From the NCBI GenBank assembly GCA_030390025.1, contig JASTWF010000034.1, forward strand, positions 2,728,001 through 2,792,000: 64,000 bases of DNA, given 5' to 3'. Under the pieces are notes generated by a model that saw nothing but the letters and a program-made list of their open reading frames with translations, had not been told where the DNA came from and made no database searches. Of this stretch, positions 53,035-64,000 are shown in pieces. Position numbers and translations under genes: made by a program. This DNA is from Squalus acanthias. Lineage: Eukaryota. Every line of letters begins with the position of its first letter. The first letter of the stretch is position 1.

Positions 53035-53188
53035 TAAACATAAGAATATAAGGATTAGGAGCAGGAGTAGGCCATACGGCCCTTCGAGCCCTTCATTGAA
53101 TAAGATCATGGCTGATCTTCGACCTCAAATCCACATTCCCCCACACCCACCCCATCCTCGTATCCCTTGATTCCTGTAGAGTCCAAAA
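53035..53188 (-). mobile_element. CR1 3'-tail fragment
   Basis: AACATAAGAA..TAGGAGCAGGAGTAGGCCATACGGCCCTTCGAGCC. Confidence 0.75.
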
Positions 53189-53294
53189 ATACCGAGGACT
53201 GAACAGAGAGAAGGGAGTTTCTCTTCCTGTATTGATCTAAAGCTGAGAACAAAAGAAGAGGAAGTGAGTGAAATAAGAAGGAATAATGTGTTAG

Positions 53295-53752
53295 CTGTAG
53301 CTCCGTGGGTAGCACACTCGCTTCTGACTCAGACGCTTTGGGTTTAAGTCCCACTCCAGGAACTTGGAGCACATAAATCTAGGCTAACACTCCAGTGCAG
53401 TGCTGAGGGAGTGCTGCACTGTCGGAGGTGCCGTCTTTCGGATGAGACGTTAAACCGAGGCCCTGTCTGCGCTCTCAGGTGGACGTAAAAGATCCCATGG
53501 CCCTATTTTGAAGAGGAGCAGGGTAGTTCTCCCCGGTGTACTGACCAATGTTTATCCAAAGATCAACATAACAGTAACAGATTATCTGGTCATTATCACA
53601 TTGCCTTTTGTTGGAGCTTGCTGTGCACTAATTGGCTGCCGTGTTTCCCACAATACAACAGTGACTTCACTTCCGAAAGTACTTCATTGGCTGTAAAGCG
53701 TTTTGAGATATCCGGTGGTAGTGAAAGGTGCTAAAGAAATACAAGTCTTTCT
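53295..53752 (+). mobile_element. Deu-domain SINE (SacSINE1/AmnSINE1-like)
   Basis: tRNA-like head, then CTGAGGGAGTGCTGCACTGTCGGAGGTGCCGTCTTTCGGATGAGACGTTAAACCGAGG, AAAGATCCCATGG, CTGGTCATTATCACATTG, GGCTGTAAAGCG tail; family recognised from memory of the consensus. Confidence 0.8.
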
Positions 53753-56089
53753 GTCTTAAAATATAGAATCATAGAATGGTTACAACGCAGAAGGAGGCCA
53801 TTCGGCCCGTCGAGCCCGTGCCAGCTCTCTGCAAGAGCACTTCAGCAAGTCCCACTCCCACGTGCTTGCCCCGAAGCCGTGCAATTTTTTTCCTTCAGGT
53901 ACTTATCCAATTTTCTTTTAAAAGCCACAACTGAATCTGCCTCCTCAACCCTTAAGGCAGTGCATTCCAGATCCTAGCCACTCGCTGCGTAAAAAGTTTT
54001 TTCTTATGTCCCCTTTGGTTATTCTGCCAATAACCTTAAATCTGTGTCCTCTGATTCGTGACCTTTCCACCAATGGGAACAGTTTCTCTCTATCTACTCA
54101 GTCCAGACCCCTCATGATTTTGAACACCTCTATCACATTTCCTCTCAACCTCCTCTGCTCTAAGGATAACAACCCCAGCTTCTCCATTCTATCCACGTAA
54201 CTGAAGTCCCGAATCCCTGGAATCATTCTTGTAAATCCTTTCTGCACCCGCTCTACGTCATTCAAATCCTTCCTAAAGTGCGGTGCCCAGAATTGGACAC
54301 AATACTCCAGTTGAGGCTGAACCAATGTTTTATACAGGTTCATCATAACTTCCTTGTTTCTACACTCTATGCCTCTATTTATGAAGCCCAGGATCCCGTA
54401 TACTTTTTTAACCACCTTTTCAACCTGCCCTGCAACCTTCAACGATTTGTTTCTCTGTTCATGCTCCACTTTTAGAATTGTACCCTTTAGTTTATATTGT
54501 CTCTCCTCATTCTTCATACCAAATTGTATCATTTCACACTTTTCTGCATTAAATTTAATTTGCCATGTGTCCGCCCATTTCACCAGCATGTCTCTGTCCT
54601 CTTCAAGTCTATCACTATCCTCCTCACTGTTCACTATACTTCCAAGTTTTGTGTCATCTGCAAATTTTGAAATTGTGCCCTGTACCCCCAAGTCCAAGTC
54701 CTTAACAAATATCAAAAAAAACAGTGGTCCTAGTACCGACCCCTGGGGAACACCACTGTGTACCTTCCTCCAGTCCAGAAAACAACCGTTCACCACTACT
54801 CTCAGTTTCCTGTCACTTAACCAATTTCTTATCCATGCTGCACAGTCCCTTTTATTCCATGGGCTTCAACTTTGCTGGCAAGCTTATTATATGGCACTTT
54901 ATCAACGTCTTTTTGAAATCCATGTCAACCGCATTCCGCTCATCAACCCTCTCTGTTAAATTATCAGAAAACACGTCAAGTTAGTTAAACACGATTGCCT
55001 TTGACAAATCCGTGCTGGATTTCCTTAATTAATCCACACTTGTCCAAGTGACTGTTAATTTTGTCCCGGATTATCGTTTCTAAAACCTTCCCAACCACCA
55101 TGGTTAAACTGACTGCTCTCTATTTTCTGGGTTTATCCTTACACCCGTTTTTGAACAAGGGTGTAACATTTGCAATTCTCCAGTCTTCTGCCAACACACC
55201 GTATCTAAGGAGGATTGGAAGAGTATGGTCAGTACCTCCGCAATTTCCCCCCTTCCCTTAGCATCCGAGGATGCATCCCATCCGCTCCTGGTGACTTATC
55301 TACTTTAAGTACAGCCAGCCTTTCTAGTACCTTGTCTTATCAAATTTTAGCCCATCCAGTATCTCAACTACCTCCTCTTTTACTATGACTTTGGCAGCAG
55401 TTTCTTCCTTGGTAAAAACAGATGCAAATTATTCATTTAGTATCTCAGCCATGCCCTCTGCCTCCATTCGTAGGTCTCCTTTTTGGTCCTTAATCAGCCA
55501 CACCCCTCCTCTTCATACCCGTTTACTATTTATATGCCTTTAGAAGACTTTTGGATCCAATTTTTTGTTTTCTGCCAATCTATTCTAACACACTCTCTTT
55601 GCCCCTCTTATACTTTTTTACGCTTCCCCTCTGAACTTTCTATATTCAGCCTGGTTCTCACTTGTATTCTGAACTTGATATCTGTCATAAGCCCACTTTT
55701 CCTGCTTCCTCTTACTCACTATCTCTTTTGTCATCCAGGGAGCTCGGGCTTTTTTTGCGCTACCCAATCCACTCGTGGAAATGTACCTCGATTGTACCCA
55801 AATCATCTCTTCTTTAAAGGCAGCCCATTGTTCAATGACAGTTTTGTCTGCTAATCTTTGATTCCTTTTACCCAAGCCAGCTCCGTTCTCAACCCACTGA
55901 AATTGACCCTCCTCCAATTAAGTATTTTACTCTAGATTGCTCCTTGTCCTTTTCCATAGCTAATCTAAACATTATGATACTATGATCACTGTTCGCTAAA
56001 TGTTCCCTTACTGACACTTGCTGCACTTGACCTACCTCATTCCCGAGAACAAGATCCAGCAATGCCTCCTTCCTCTTTGTGCCAGAAAT

Positions 56090-56912
56090 GCACCAACCTG
56101 GACGACGTTCAGGATTGGGCTGGTAAGTGGCAGGTAACATTCGCACCACAGAACTGCCAGGCAATTACTATGTCCAACAGGCGAGAGTCTAACGACCTCC
56201 CCTTGACATTCAACAGAATTACCATCGCCGAATCCCTCACCATCAATACTCTGGGAGTCACCTTTGGCCAGAAACTTAATTGGACAAGCCACATAAATAC
56301 TGTGGCAACAAGAGTAGGTCAGAGGCTAGGTAATCTGCAGCGAGTGTCTCACCTCCTGACTCCCCAAAGCCTTTCCACCATCTACAAGGCACAATCAGGA
56401 GTGTGATGGAATACTCTCAACTTGCCTGGATGAGTGCAGCTCCAACAACACTCAAGAAGCTCGAAACCATCCAGGACAAAGCATCCCCCTTGATTGGCAC
56501 ACCATTCACCGCCTTAAACTTTCACTCCCTCCACCACTGGCGTACCGTGGATGCAGTGTGTACCATCTACAAGATGCACTGCAGCAACTCACCAAGGCTT
56601 CTTCGGCAACACCTCACAAACCCGCGACCTCTTCCACCTAGAAGGACAAGGGCAGCAGGTGCATGGGAACACGAACACCTCCAAGTTCCCCTCCAAGTCA
56701 TAAATCATCCTGATTTAGAAGTATATCACCGATCCTTCATCGGCACTGGGTTAAAATCCTGGAACTCCCTACCTTATAGCACTGTGGGAGTACCTTCACC
56801 ACATGGACTGCAGCGTTTGAGGAAGGCAGCGCACCACCACCTTTTCAAAGGCGTTAGGGATGGGCAATAAATGCTTGCCTGGCCAGCGACGCCCACATTC
56901 CAGAAACGAAAA
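56090..56912 (+). mobile_element. 3' fragment of a different LINE family (CR1/L2 group) nested antisense in the CR1
   Basis: LDDVQDWAGKWQVTFAP..LGVT..KLNW..HI..IYKAQ..MEYS..W; tail TAGGGATGGGCAATAAATG..GCCCACATTCC plus A-rich end. Confidence 0.85.
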
Positions 56913-57535
56913 AAATAGAAAGTTCTCTTGAACTCATTTCAGAAATTCTTCTCCCTCTCTGCCCATTATACTATTACTATCTCAGTCAATATTGGGATAA
57001 TTGAAGTCCCCCATTATTATTACTCTACATTTCTTCCACCTCTCTAATTTCCCTGCAGATTTGCTCCTCTATATCCTTCCCACTAGTTGGTGGCCTATAG
57101 AATACATCTAGTAGTGGAATGGTACCTCTATTGCTCCTTAATTCTAACCAAATAGATTCTGACCTTGACCCCTCCAAGACATCCTCTCTCTCCAGCACTG
57201 TGATATTCTCCTTAATCAATACTGCCACCTCACCTCATTTCTTTCCTTCACTATCTTAACCGAACATCTTATATCTAGGAATATTTAGTACCCACTCCTG
57301 CCCTTTATAGAACCAGGTCTCTGTGATCGCCTCAACATCATTTTCCTATCTGGCTATTTGCGCCTGCAGCTCACCCACCTTATTTACCACGCTTCGTGCG
57401 TTTACACACATACACTGTAAACGTTTCTTAGACCTTACAATAGCAAAATACTGCGGATGCTGGAAATCTGAAACAACAACAGAAAATGCTGGAAACACCC
57501 AACAGGTCAGGCAGCATCCGTGGAGAAGCAAACAG

Positions 57536-57572
57536 AGTTAACGTTTCAGGTTTGTGTCCCTTCGTCAGAACT
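57536..57572 (-). ncRNA. Minimal hammerhead ribozyme motif, stem II weakened
   Basis: Reverse complement AGUU-CUGACGA-AGGGAC(aca)AACCU-GAAA-CGUU-AACU. Confidence 0.6.
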
Positions 57573-58094
57573 GGAAAAAGTTAGAGATCTAACAGGTTAT
57601 AAGCAGGTGTAGTTGCAGGGAAAGGTGGGCGGGGTGAGGAAATAACAAAAGGGACGGTCTGTGATAGGGTGGAAGGCAGGAGTGGTTAAATGTTTCAAAT
57701 GGGAATGGCAGAATCACCAAAAGCCGGCTCCTGACAAAATGGGGGCCGAGGTTATGGTCTGAAATTGTTGAACTCAGTTTTGAGTCCAGAAGGATGTAAA
57801 GTGTCTAATACAAAGATGAGGTGCTGTTCCTCGAGCTGACGTTGTAAGAGGCCCAGGACAGAGAGGTCAGAGTGGGAGTGGAGCGCTTGTCACTTTAATT
57901 CTCCGCTCCACTCCCACTCTGACTGCAGCTCAGGCGGCAGCTGTTGATGATTCTACCATCTCTATTTGCAACATTTAACCACTCCTCCCTTCCACCCTAT
58001 CAAAGACCGTCCCTTTAGTTATTCCCTCCCCTCCCCCCCCCCCTTTCCCTGCCCCTACTCCTGGTTACAATCTGTTACATCTCTAACTTTTTCC

Positions 58095-58131
58095 AGTTCT
58101 GATGAAGGGTCACAGACCTGAAACGTTAACT
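58095..58131 (+). ncRNA. Minimal hammerhead ribozyme motif
   Basis: AGUU-CUGAUGA-AGGGUC(aca)GACCU-GAAA-CGUU-AACU; stem I AGUU/AACU, palindromic ACGU stem III. Confidence 0.78.
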
Positions 58132-59627
58132 CTGTTCCTTGCTCCACGGATGCTGCCTGACCTGCTGAGTGTTCCAGCATTTTCTGTTTCTATCTTAGAC
58201 CTTCTTGGATTCTCCGTTAGTCTGAACCCACATAGTACCGTACTATTTCATGCTCTACTGCTATCTGTCTCTCCCTATATTGTGTGCACTTTGTTTCTCC
58301 TTTCTAATGCCAGATCCTGTTTCCCATCCCCCTGGCAGATTAGTTTAAACGCTCCCCAACAGCACTAGCAACCATCCCCGCCCGCACCTCGTGAGTATAT
58401 TGGTTCCGGCTCTGTTGAGGTGCAACCCGACCAGCCTTTTCAGGTCACACCTCCCCCAGAACCGGCCCCAATGTCCCAGGAATCTAAAGCCCTCCCTCCT
58501 GCACCATATCTCCAGCAGCACATTTAATTGATCTATCCTCCTATTTCTATATTCTCTAGCTCGTGGCACCAGGAGTAATCTGGAGATTACTACCTTCGAA
58601 GTCCTGCTTTATAATATCTTTCCTATCTCCCTATTATCTGCCTACAGGATCACATCCCTCTCTCTACCTATGTCGATGATGCCATTATGGACCACGACCT
58701 CAGTCTGTTCACCATCACCCCTCAGAATGTCCTGCAGCCACTCAGTGACATCCTTGACCCTGGCACCAGGGAGGCAACATTTCATCCTGGAGTCACGTCT
58801 GTGGCTGGAGAAACACCTGTCTGTTCCTTTAACTATCGAATCTCCTATCACTATTGCTTTCCCGATCGTCCTGCCCCCCACCCACTACAGCTCAGCCATC
58901 AGTGTTGCCATGGATTTGGCTCTGGCTGTACTCCCCAGAGGAACTATCGAATACTGGTTCGAGAGTGAGATGCACTCATGGGACTCCTGCACTAAATGCG
59001 TGGTTCTCCTTGTCTGTCTGGCGGTCCCACATTCCCTCTCTGCCTGCACACTCTTTTATGCTGCGGTGTGACCACCTCCTGAAACGTGCTATCCACGGAG
59101 CTGTCAGCCTCACGGATGCACTGCAGTGACGCCAGCTGCTGCTCAAGTTCCGAAACAGTGGGAAGTGTCCTGGAGTTCCCACATGACACAAGGTGTGCAT
59201 TCCACGGCACTGAGGTGCCCTGCCATGCCTCTATTTAATAGACCGCCAACTAATTTAACGGAATTATACTCAAGACTTCAAAAAAATCACAATCAACATA
59301 CCATTTTTTCTTTGCAGCGTCTTCCCTTGTGCTGATGTCACTTAACGAACTCCCTTACACTCGCTCCCAGCTCCGGGTTCTCTGGCCTACCTTTATCACC
59401 GGCCGCTCCTCTCGCTCTCTCCTCCTTCCCCCTCTGCCCCTAATTCCCAAGCTTTCCAAATTCACAACCATAGAACTCTCTTTAGACCACTGACAAAATG
59501 GATTTCCCCACACTAGTTCTCTGATTAATTCCATACCAGACCATCAGGATTAAAACAAATAATAAATAAATGGTCTTAAAAGGCAGGATCTGAGAGAATA
59601 TCCCAGTGATGGAACGATGGGACTCGA

Positions 59628-60071
59628 CTAGATTACACTGCTCCCACCTCAGTCCAGGAATTAAATTCCCAGGACTGCCTAGTTTACATTGCTCCCAACT
59701 CAATCCAGGAATTTCATTCCCAGGACTGCCTAGATTACATGGCTCCCATCTCAATCCAGGAATTTCATTGCCAGGGCTGCCTAGATTACACTGCTCCCAC
59801 CTCAATCCAGGAATTTCATTCCCAGGGCTGCCTAGATTACACTGCTCCCACCTCAATCCAGGAATTTCATTCCCAGGGTCGACTAGATTACACTGCACCC
59901 ACCTCAATCCAGGAATTTCATTGCCAGGGCTGCCTAGATTACACTGCTCCCACCTCAATCCAGGAATTTCATTCCCAGGGCCGCCTAGATTACACTGCTC
60001 CCACCTCAATCCAGGAATTTCATTCCCAGGGCCGCCTAGATTACACTGCTCCCACCTCAATCCAGGAATTT
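59628..60071. repeat. 51-bp tandem repeat, ~8.7 near-identical copies
   Basis: Unit CTAGATTACACTGCTCCCACCTCAATCCAGGAATTTCATTCCCAGGGCTGC. Confidence 0.95.
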
Positions 60072-60129
60072 CCTTCTCAGTTCATTTCTCTATTGCCTTA
60101 AAATAGAACAAGAACAAGAAGAGTGACCA

Positions 60130-60650
60130 GAGGTGGGGGCACCGACGGGAGGGAGAAATCCTGTGAGTCCTTAAAATTGCCTAAGTATATAATGAAGTCT
60201 GATGGCTTCCAGTCAGACATGAGCAAGTTAACTTCCTTCTGATTACCACCTACCGCCCTCCCTGAGTTGATGAATCGGCCCATCTTCATGCTGAACACCA
60301 GTTGATGGGAGCACCGAGAGCAGAAAGGGCTCAAATTATACTCTGGGTCGGGAGGGGGAAACTTCAATGTCCTTCACCAAGAGTGGCTCGGAAGTACCAT
60401 CATTAACCGAGCGCTGAAGAACACAGCTGCCAGACTGGGATTGCAGCAGGTGGTGGGAGACCCAAGATGGGAGAATAGCCTGCTTGACCTCTTCCTCACC
60501 AACCTACCTATCGCATATGCAACTGTCCATGACGATATTGGTAGGACTGACCACCGCTCAATGTGTGTGGAGAATAAGTCTCGCCTTCACCCTGAGGCCA
60601 CCCTCCATCATATCATGTGCATCTACCATGATGATCATTGGGATGAAATT
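60130..60650 (+). mobile_element. LINE APE-endonuclease fragment, decayed
   Basis: ITTYRPP, GNFNV.HQEWLGS, GLQQVV..P....LLDLFLTN, IGRTDH. Confidence 0.7.
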
Positions 60651-60802
60651 AGACAGAGCCAAGCGATCCCAACACATCAAATTTTTTCAAAGCTTTCATA
60701 TCCTGTTGTGAATGGTAATGAACAATTGAGCCGTTTCCCCATAGCTCTGAAAATGTCTCCTTTTCAAGTATGTATCCAATTACCTTTTGGAAGTTACAGT
60801 TA

Positions 60803-61150
60803 AGAAAGAAAGAAATAATTGCATTGATATAGCGCTATTCGCGATCTTGGGATGTCCCAAAGCGCTTTGAAGCCAATGAAGTACTTTTGAAGTTTAGTCA
60901 CTGTTGTACCGCAGGAAACGTGACAGCCAATTTGAGCACAGCAAGCTCCCACAAACAGCAATGTGACAATGACCAGATAATCTGCTTTAGTGATGTTGAT
61001 TGAGATAAGTATTGGCCAGAATACCGGGGTTAACCCTGCTGCACTTGTTCGATATAATTCCATGGGTTCTTTTACGTCCACCTTAGAGAACAGACTAGGT
61101 TTAAAGACTCATCTGAGAGACGGCTCCTCTGACAGTTTAGGGCTCCTTCA
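60803..61150 (-). mobile_element. Deu-domain SINE (antisense copy)
   Basis: Reverse complement aligns with 53410-53750. Confidence 0.8.
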
Positions 61151-61356
61151 GTACTGCCCCTCTTACAGTGATGCACTCCCTCAGTACTGTCCCCCCCCCA
61201 ACAATGCAGCACTCCCTCAGTACTGCCCCTCTGACAGTGATGCGCTCCCTCAGTACTGCCCCTCTTACAGTGATGCGCTCCCTCAGTACTGCCCCATTGA
61301 CAGAGATGCACTCCCTCAGTAATGCCCTCCCCAACAATGCAGCACTCCCTCAGTAG
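61148..61356. repeat. ~33-bp minisatellite, ~6 copies, derived from the adjacent SINE
   Basis: Unit CAGTACTGCCCCTCTGACAGTGATGCACTCCCT matches the reverse complement of SINE 53397-53425. Confidence 0.85.
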
Positions 61357-61359
61357 TGG

Positions 61360-64000
61360 CTAGAGTGCAGTTTGTCCCGGACTGCAACTTGGAACAGAAT
61401 GTTAAGCTGCGAGTTTGGTGAGTGAGGGAATTCGGTGAGGGAGGTGTTCCTTCCTTTTTCGATCTTTGTCAGCTTCCAGGACCTGGTGAGCATTTCTACA
61501 GTCCAGTCGTTAAAGTAAAAGTAAGGTCTCTAGTTTAGAGTAAGTAGTGTTTAAAGGGAACTAAGGTCCCTAGTATATTTAATATTCTTTTATTTAAAGG
61601 AAGTAAAGGGAGTAAATTAAGGGTAGGACATGGCATCTCAGCTCGGTTAGTGGAGTGCTCCTCCTGTGCTATGTGGGAAGTCAGAGACACTTTCGGTGTC
61701 CAGGGAGAACACATGAGCAGGAAGTGTCTCCAGCTGCACCGACGCAAAATCCGCGTTTCGGAGCTCGAACTGCGACTGGAGTCACTGTGGAGCAGCCGCG
61801 AAGCTGAGATCTTCGTGGATAGAACGTTTAACGAGGTGGTCACACCGCAGGTAAAGAGTGCACAGGCAGACAGGAAACGGGTGAACGCCAGAGAGTGTAA
61901 AAGAACTAGGAAGCAGTGCAGGAGTCCCCTGGGTCCATATTCCTCTCCAACAGAATTTCCGTTTTGGATACTGATGTGGGAGATGGTTTCTCAGGGGAAT
62001 GCAGCAAGAACCAAGTCCGTGGCACTACGAGTGGCTCAAATGCACAGGAGGGGAGTAAGAGTGGGAAAGCAATAGTGATAGGGGATTCTATCGTAAGGGG
62101 ATTCTGTGGCCGCAGACGTGACTCCAGGATGGTATGTTGCCTCCCTGGTGCCAGGGTCAAGGAGGTCACTGAACGGTTGCAGGGCATTCTGAAGGGGGAG
62201 GGCGAACTGTCAGAGGTCGTGGTTCACGTTGGCACCAACGACATAGTTAGAAAGAGGGATGAGGTCCTGCCACAAGAATTTCGGGAGCTAGGTAGCAGAT
62301 TAAAAAGCAGGACCACAAAGGTTGTGATCTCTGTATTACTCCCGGTGCCACTTGCTACTGAGTACGGGAATAGGAGGATAGAGCAGATGAATGCGTGGCT
62401 AAAGAGTTGGTGCAGGAGGGAGGGCTTTCGTTTCCTGGATCACTGTGTCTGCTTCTGGGGAAGGTGGGACCTGTACAAGTCGGACGGGTTGCACCTGAAC
62501 CGGAACGGGACCAACATCCTTGCGGGGAGATTTGCTAGTACTGTTGTGGGGGGGTGGGGGGGGGGGGTGCGGTTTAAACTAACTTGGCAGGGGGATGGGA
62601 TACGGAGTGGAGCTATAGTAGGGGGTGATGCACAGCCAAATATAGAGGAAAAAACAAGTCAGCCTGGAAGGCAGAGCAAATATATAACGGCCCAAAAAGT
62701 AAGGCAAGGCTGGTGGGCATTTATTTTAATGCAAGGAGTATTGCGAGTAAGGCAGATGAATTGAAGGTGTTGATGAACACATGGTAGTATGATATTGTTG
62801 CTATCACAGAGACATGGTTGAGGGAGGGACAGGACAGGCAGCTCAATATTCCGGGGTGTAGAATATTTAGGCGAGATAGAGGTGGGTGTAAAAGAGGAGG
62901 GGGTGTTGCAATATTAATGAAGGAGTCAATTACTGCTGTAAGGAGGGATGATATCTTAGCAGGTTCCTCTAATGAGGCCATATGGGTAGAACTTAAAAAC
63001 AAAAAGTGGGCAAGCACTTTGCTGGGAGTTTACTGCAGGGCCCCAAACAGTCAGGGGGAGATAGAGGACCAGATATATAGGCAAATCTCAGAGAAGTGTC
63101 GAAATAATAGGGTAATCATAGCAGGGGATTTCAAATTCCCCAAAATTAACTGGGATAGTCAGAGTGTGAAAGGCTTAGAGGGTGCAGAATTCTTAAAGTG
63201 CATCCAGGAGAGCGTTTTGACCCAGCATGTAGAATGTCCTACCAGAGAGGGGGCGGTACTGGACCTAATTCTAGGGAATGTAGCCATGCAAGTGGTAGGA
63301 GTGTTAGTAGGGGAGCATTTTGGTGACAGTAACCATAATTCGGTGAGATTTAAGGTAATCGTGGAAAAGGACAAAGATGGACCTGAAATAATGGTTCTAA
63401 ATTGGGGGAAGGCCGATTTTAGCATGATAAGGCAGCATCCGGCCAAAGTGGACTGGGATCAGCTACTTGTAGGAAAATCCACATCAGAGCAGTGGGAGTC
63501 TTTCAGAAAGGAAATAGAGAGAGTACAACACCAACATGTTCCCGTAAAGGTCAAGTTTGGGACCAACAAGCTAAGGGAACCCTGGATGTCAAGGGATATA
63601 CAAGAATGGATTGGGAAAGAAAGAGAGGCTTTTGGCAGATACAAAGGATTAAAAACAGTGGAAGCCCTAGAGGAGTATAGAAAGTGCCGGGGCGTAATTA
63701 AAAAAGATATTAGGAGAGCGAAGAGGGGGCATGAAAAAAAACACTGGCAGGCAAAAAAAAGGGTAATACCAAGGTGTTTTATAAGTATATTAAGTGCAAG
63801 AGGATAACCAGGGAAAGAGTAGGGCCCATTAGGGACCAAAGTGGCAATCTGTGTATAGAGCCAGAAGATGTGGGTGAGGTTTTAAATGAATATTTTGCAT
63901 CTGTGTTCACTATGGAGAAGGACGATGTAGGCATAGAAATCAGGCAAGGCGATTGTGGTATACTTGAACAAATTAGAATTGAGAGGGAGGAGGTATTGTG
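61360..64000 (+). mobile_element. CR1 LINE 5' part (UTR, ORF1 Zn-finger/SGNH esterase from ~61630, ORF2 APE from ~62715), frameshifted, runs off the window
   Basis: ECSSCAMWE..KCLQL; AIVIGDSIVRG, VHVGTND, DGLHLN; FNARSI, ITETWL, RRDR..RGGGVA, GDF.FP.INW, LDL.L.N, GDSNHN. Confidence 0.95.

Larger units (their letters stand above)
57437..58192 (-). mobile_element. Second Penelope-like insertion (different family) with inverted pLTRs
   Basis: TSD TCTTAGACCTT at 57426-57436 and 58193-58203. Inverted arms ~57478-57733 / 57930-58188. GIY-YIG C-terminal remnant SHSDLSVLGLLQ..LEEQHLIF.L.TL.PSGL..EF on the minus strand. Confidence 0.88.
53763..59300 (-). mobile_element. Near full-length decayed CR1 LINE with two nested insertions
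   Basis: ORF1 from 59226 (MAGHLSAVECTPCVMWE; IVIGDSIVKG SGNH motif), APE (VNARSVVNKVGEL; FYRPP), RT (GVPQGSVLGP, KFADDTK), (ATTCTATG)n tail. Confidence 0.92.

Noticed and set aside
53295..53360. tRNA or 5S rRNA gene (also 36468, 43897)
   Set aside because: Degenerate Pol III heads continuous with SINE bodies; no full cloverleaf.
59482..60106. Repeat-protein ORFs
   Set aside because: Derived from the 51-bp tandem array; no splice or start context.

Overview
Eukaryotic, repeat-dominated window, inferred to be from a cartilaginous fish (shark-type CR1 LINEs, Deu-domain SINE, GPR139-like receptor). 1-22.7 kb is a ~51-52-bp AT-rich satellite with higher-order duplications and one solo LTR. The satellite stops at a 6.2-kb PIF/Harbinger transposon with an intact DDE transposase and a convergent three-exon Myb/SANT gene. 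Intron 1 of that gene holds a Penelope-like insertion with a 528-bp inverted repeat, a TSD and two minimal hammerhead ribozyme motifs. 29-64 kb holds minisatellites, a second solo LTR, several CR1 LINEs, SINEs, a second hammerhead-bearing Penelope-like insertion and a decayed second Harbinger. That Harbinger is interleaved with a locally duplicated block carrying a two-exon GPR139-like GPCR (one apparently intact copy, one deleted pseudogene). Each GPCR copy is followed by a 27-bp tandem array of YY1-like motifs. Most short ORFs in the supplied track are repeat artefacts. Family names come from recognised motifs; no database search was run.
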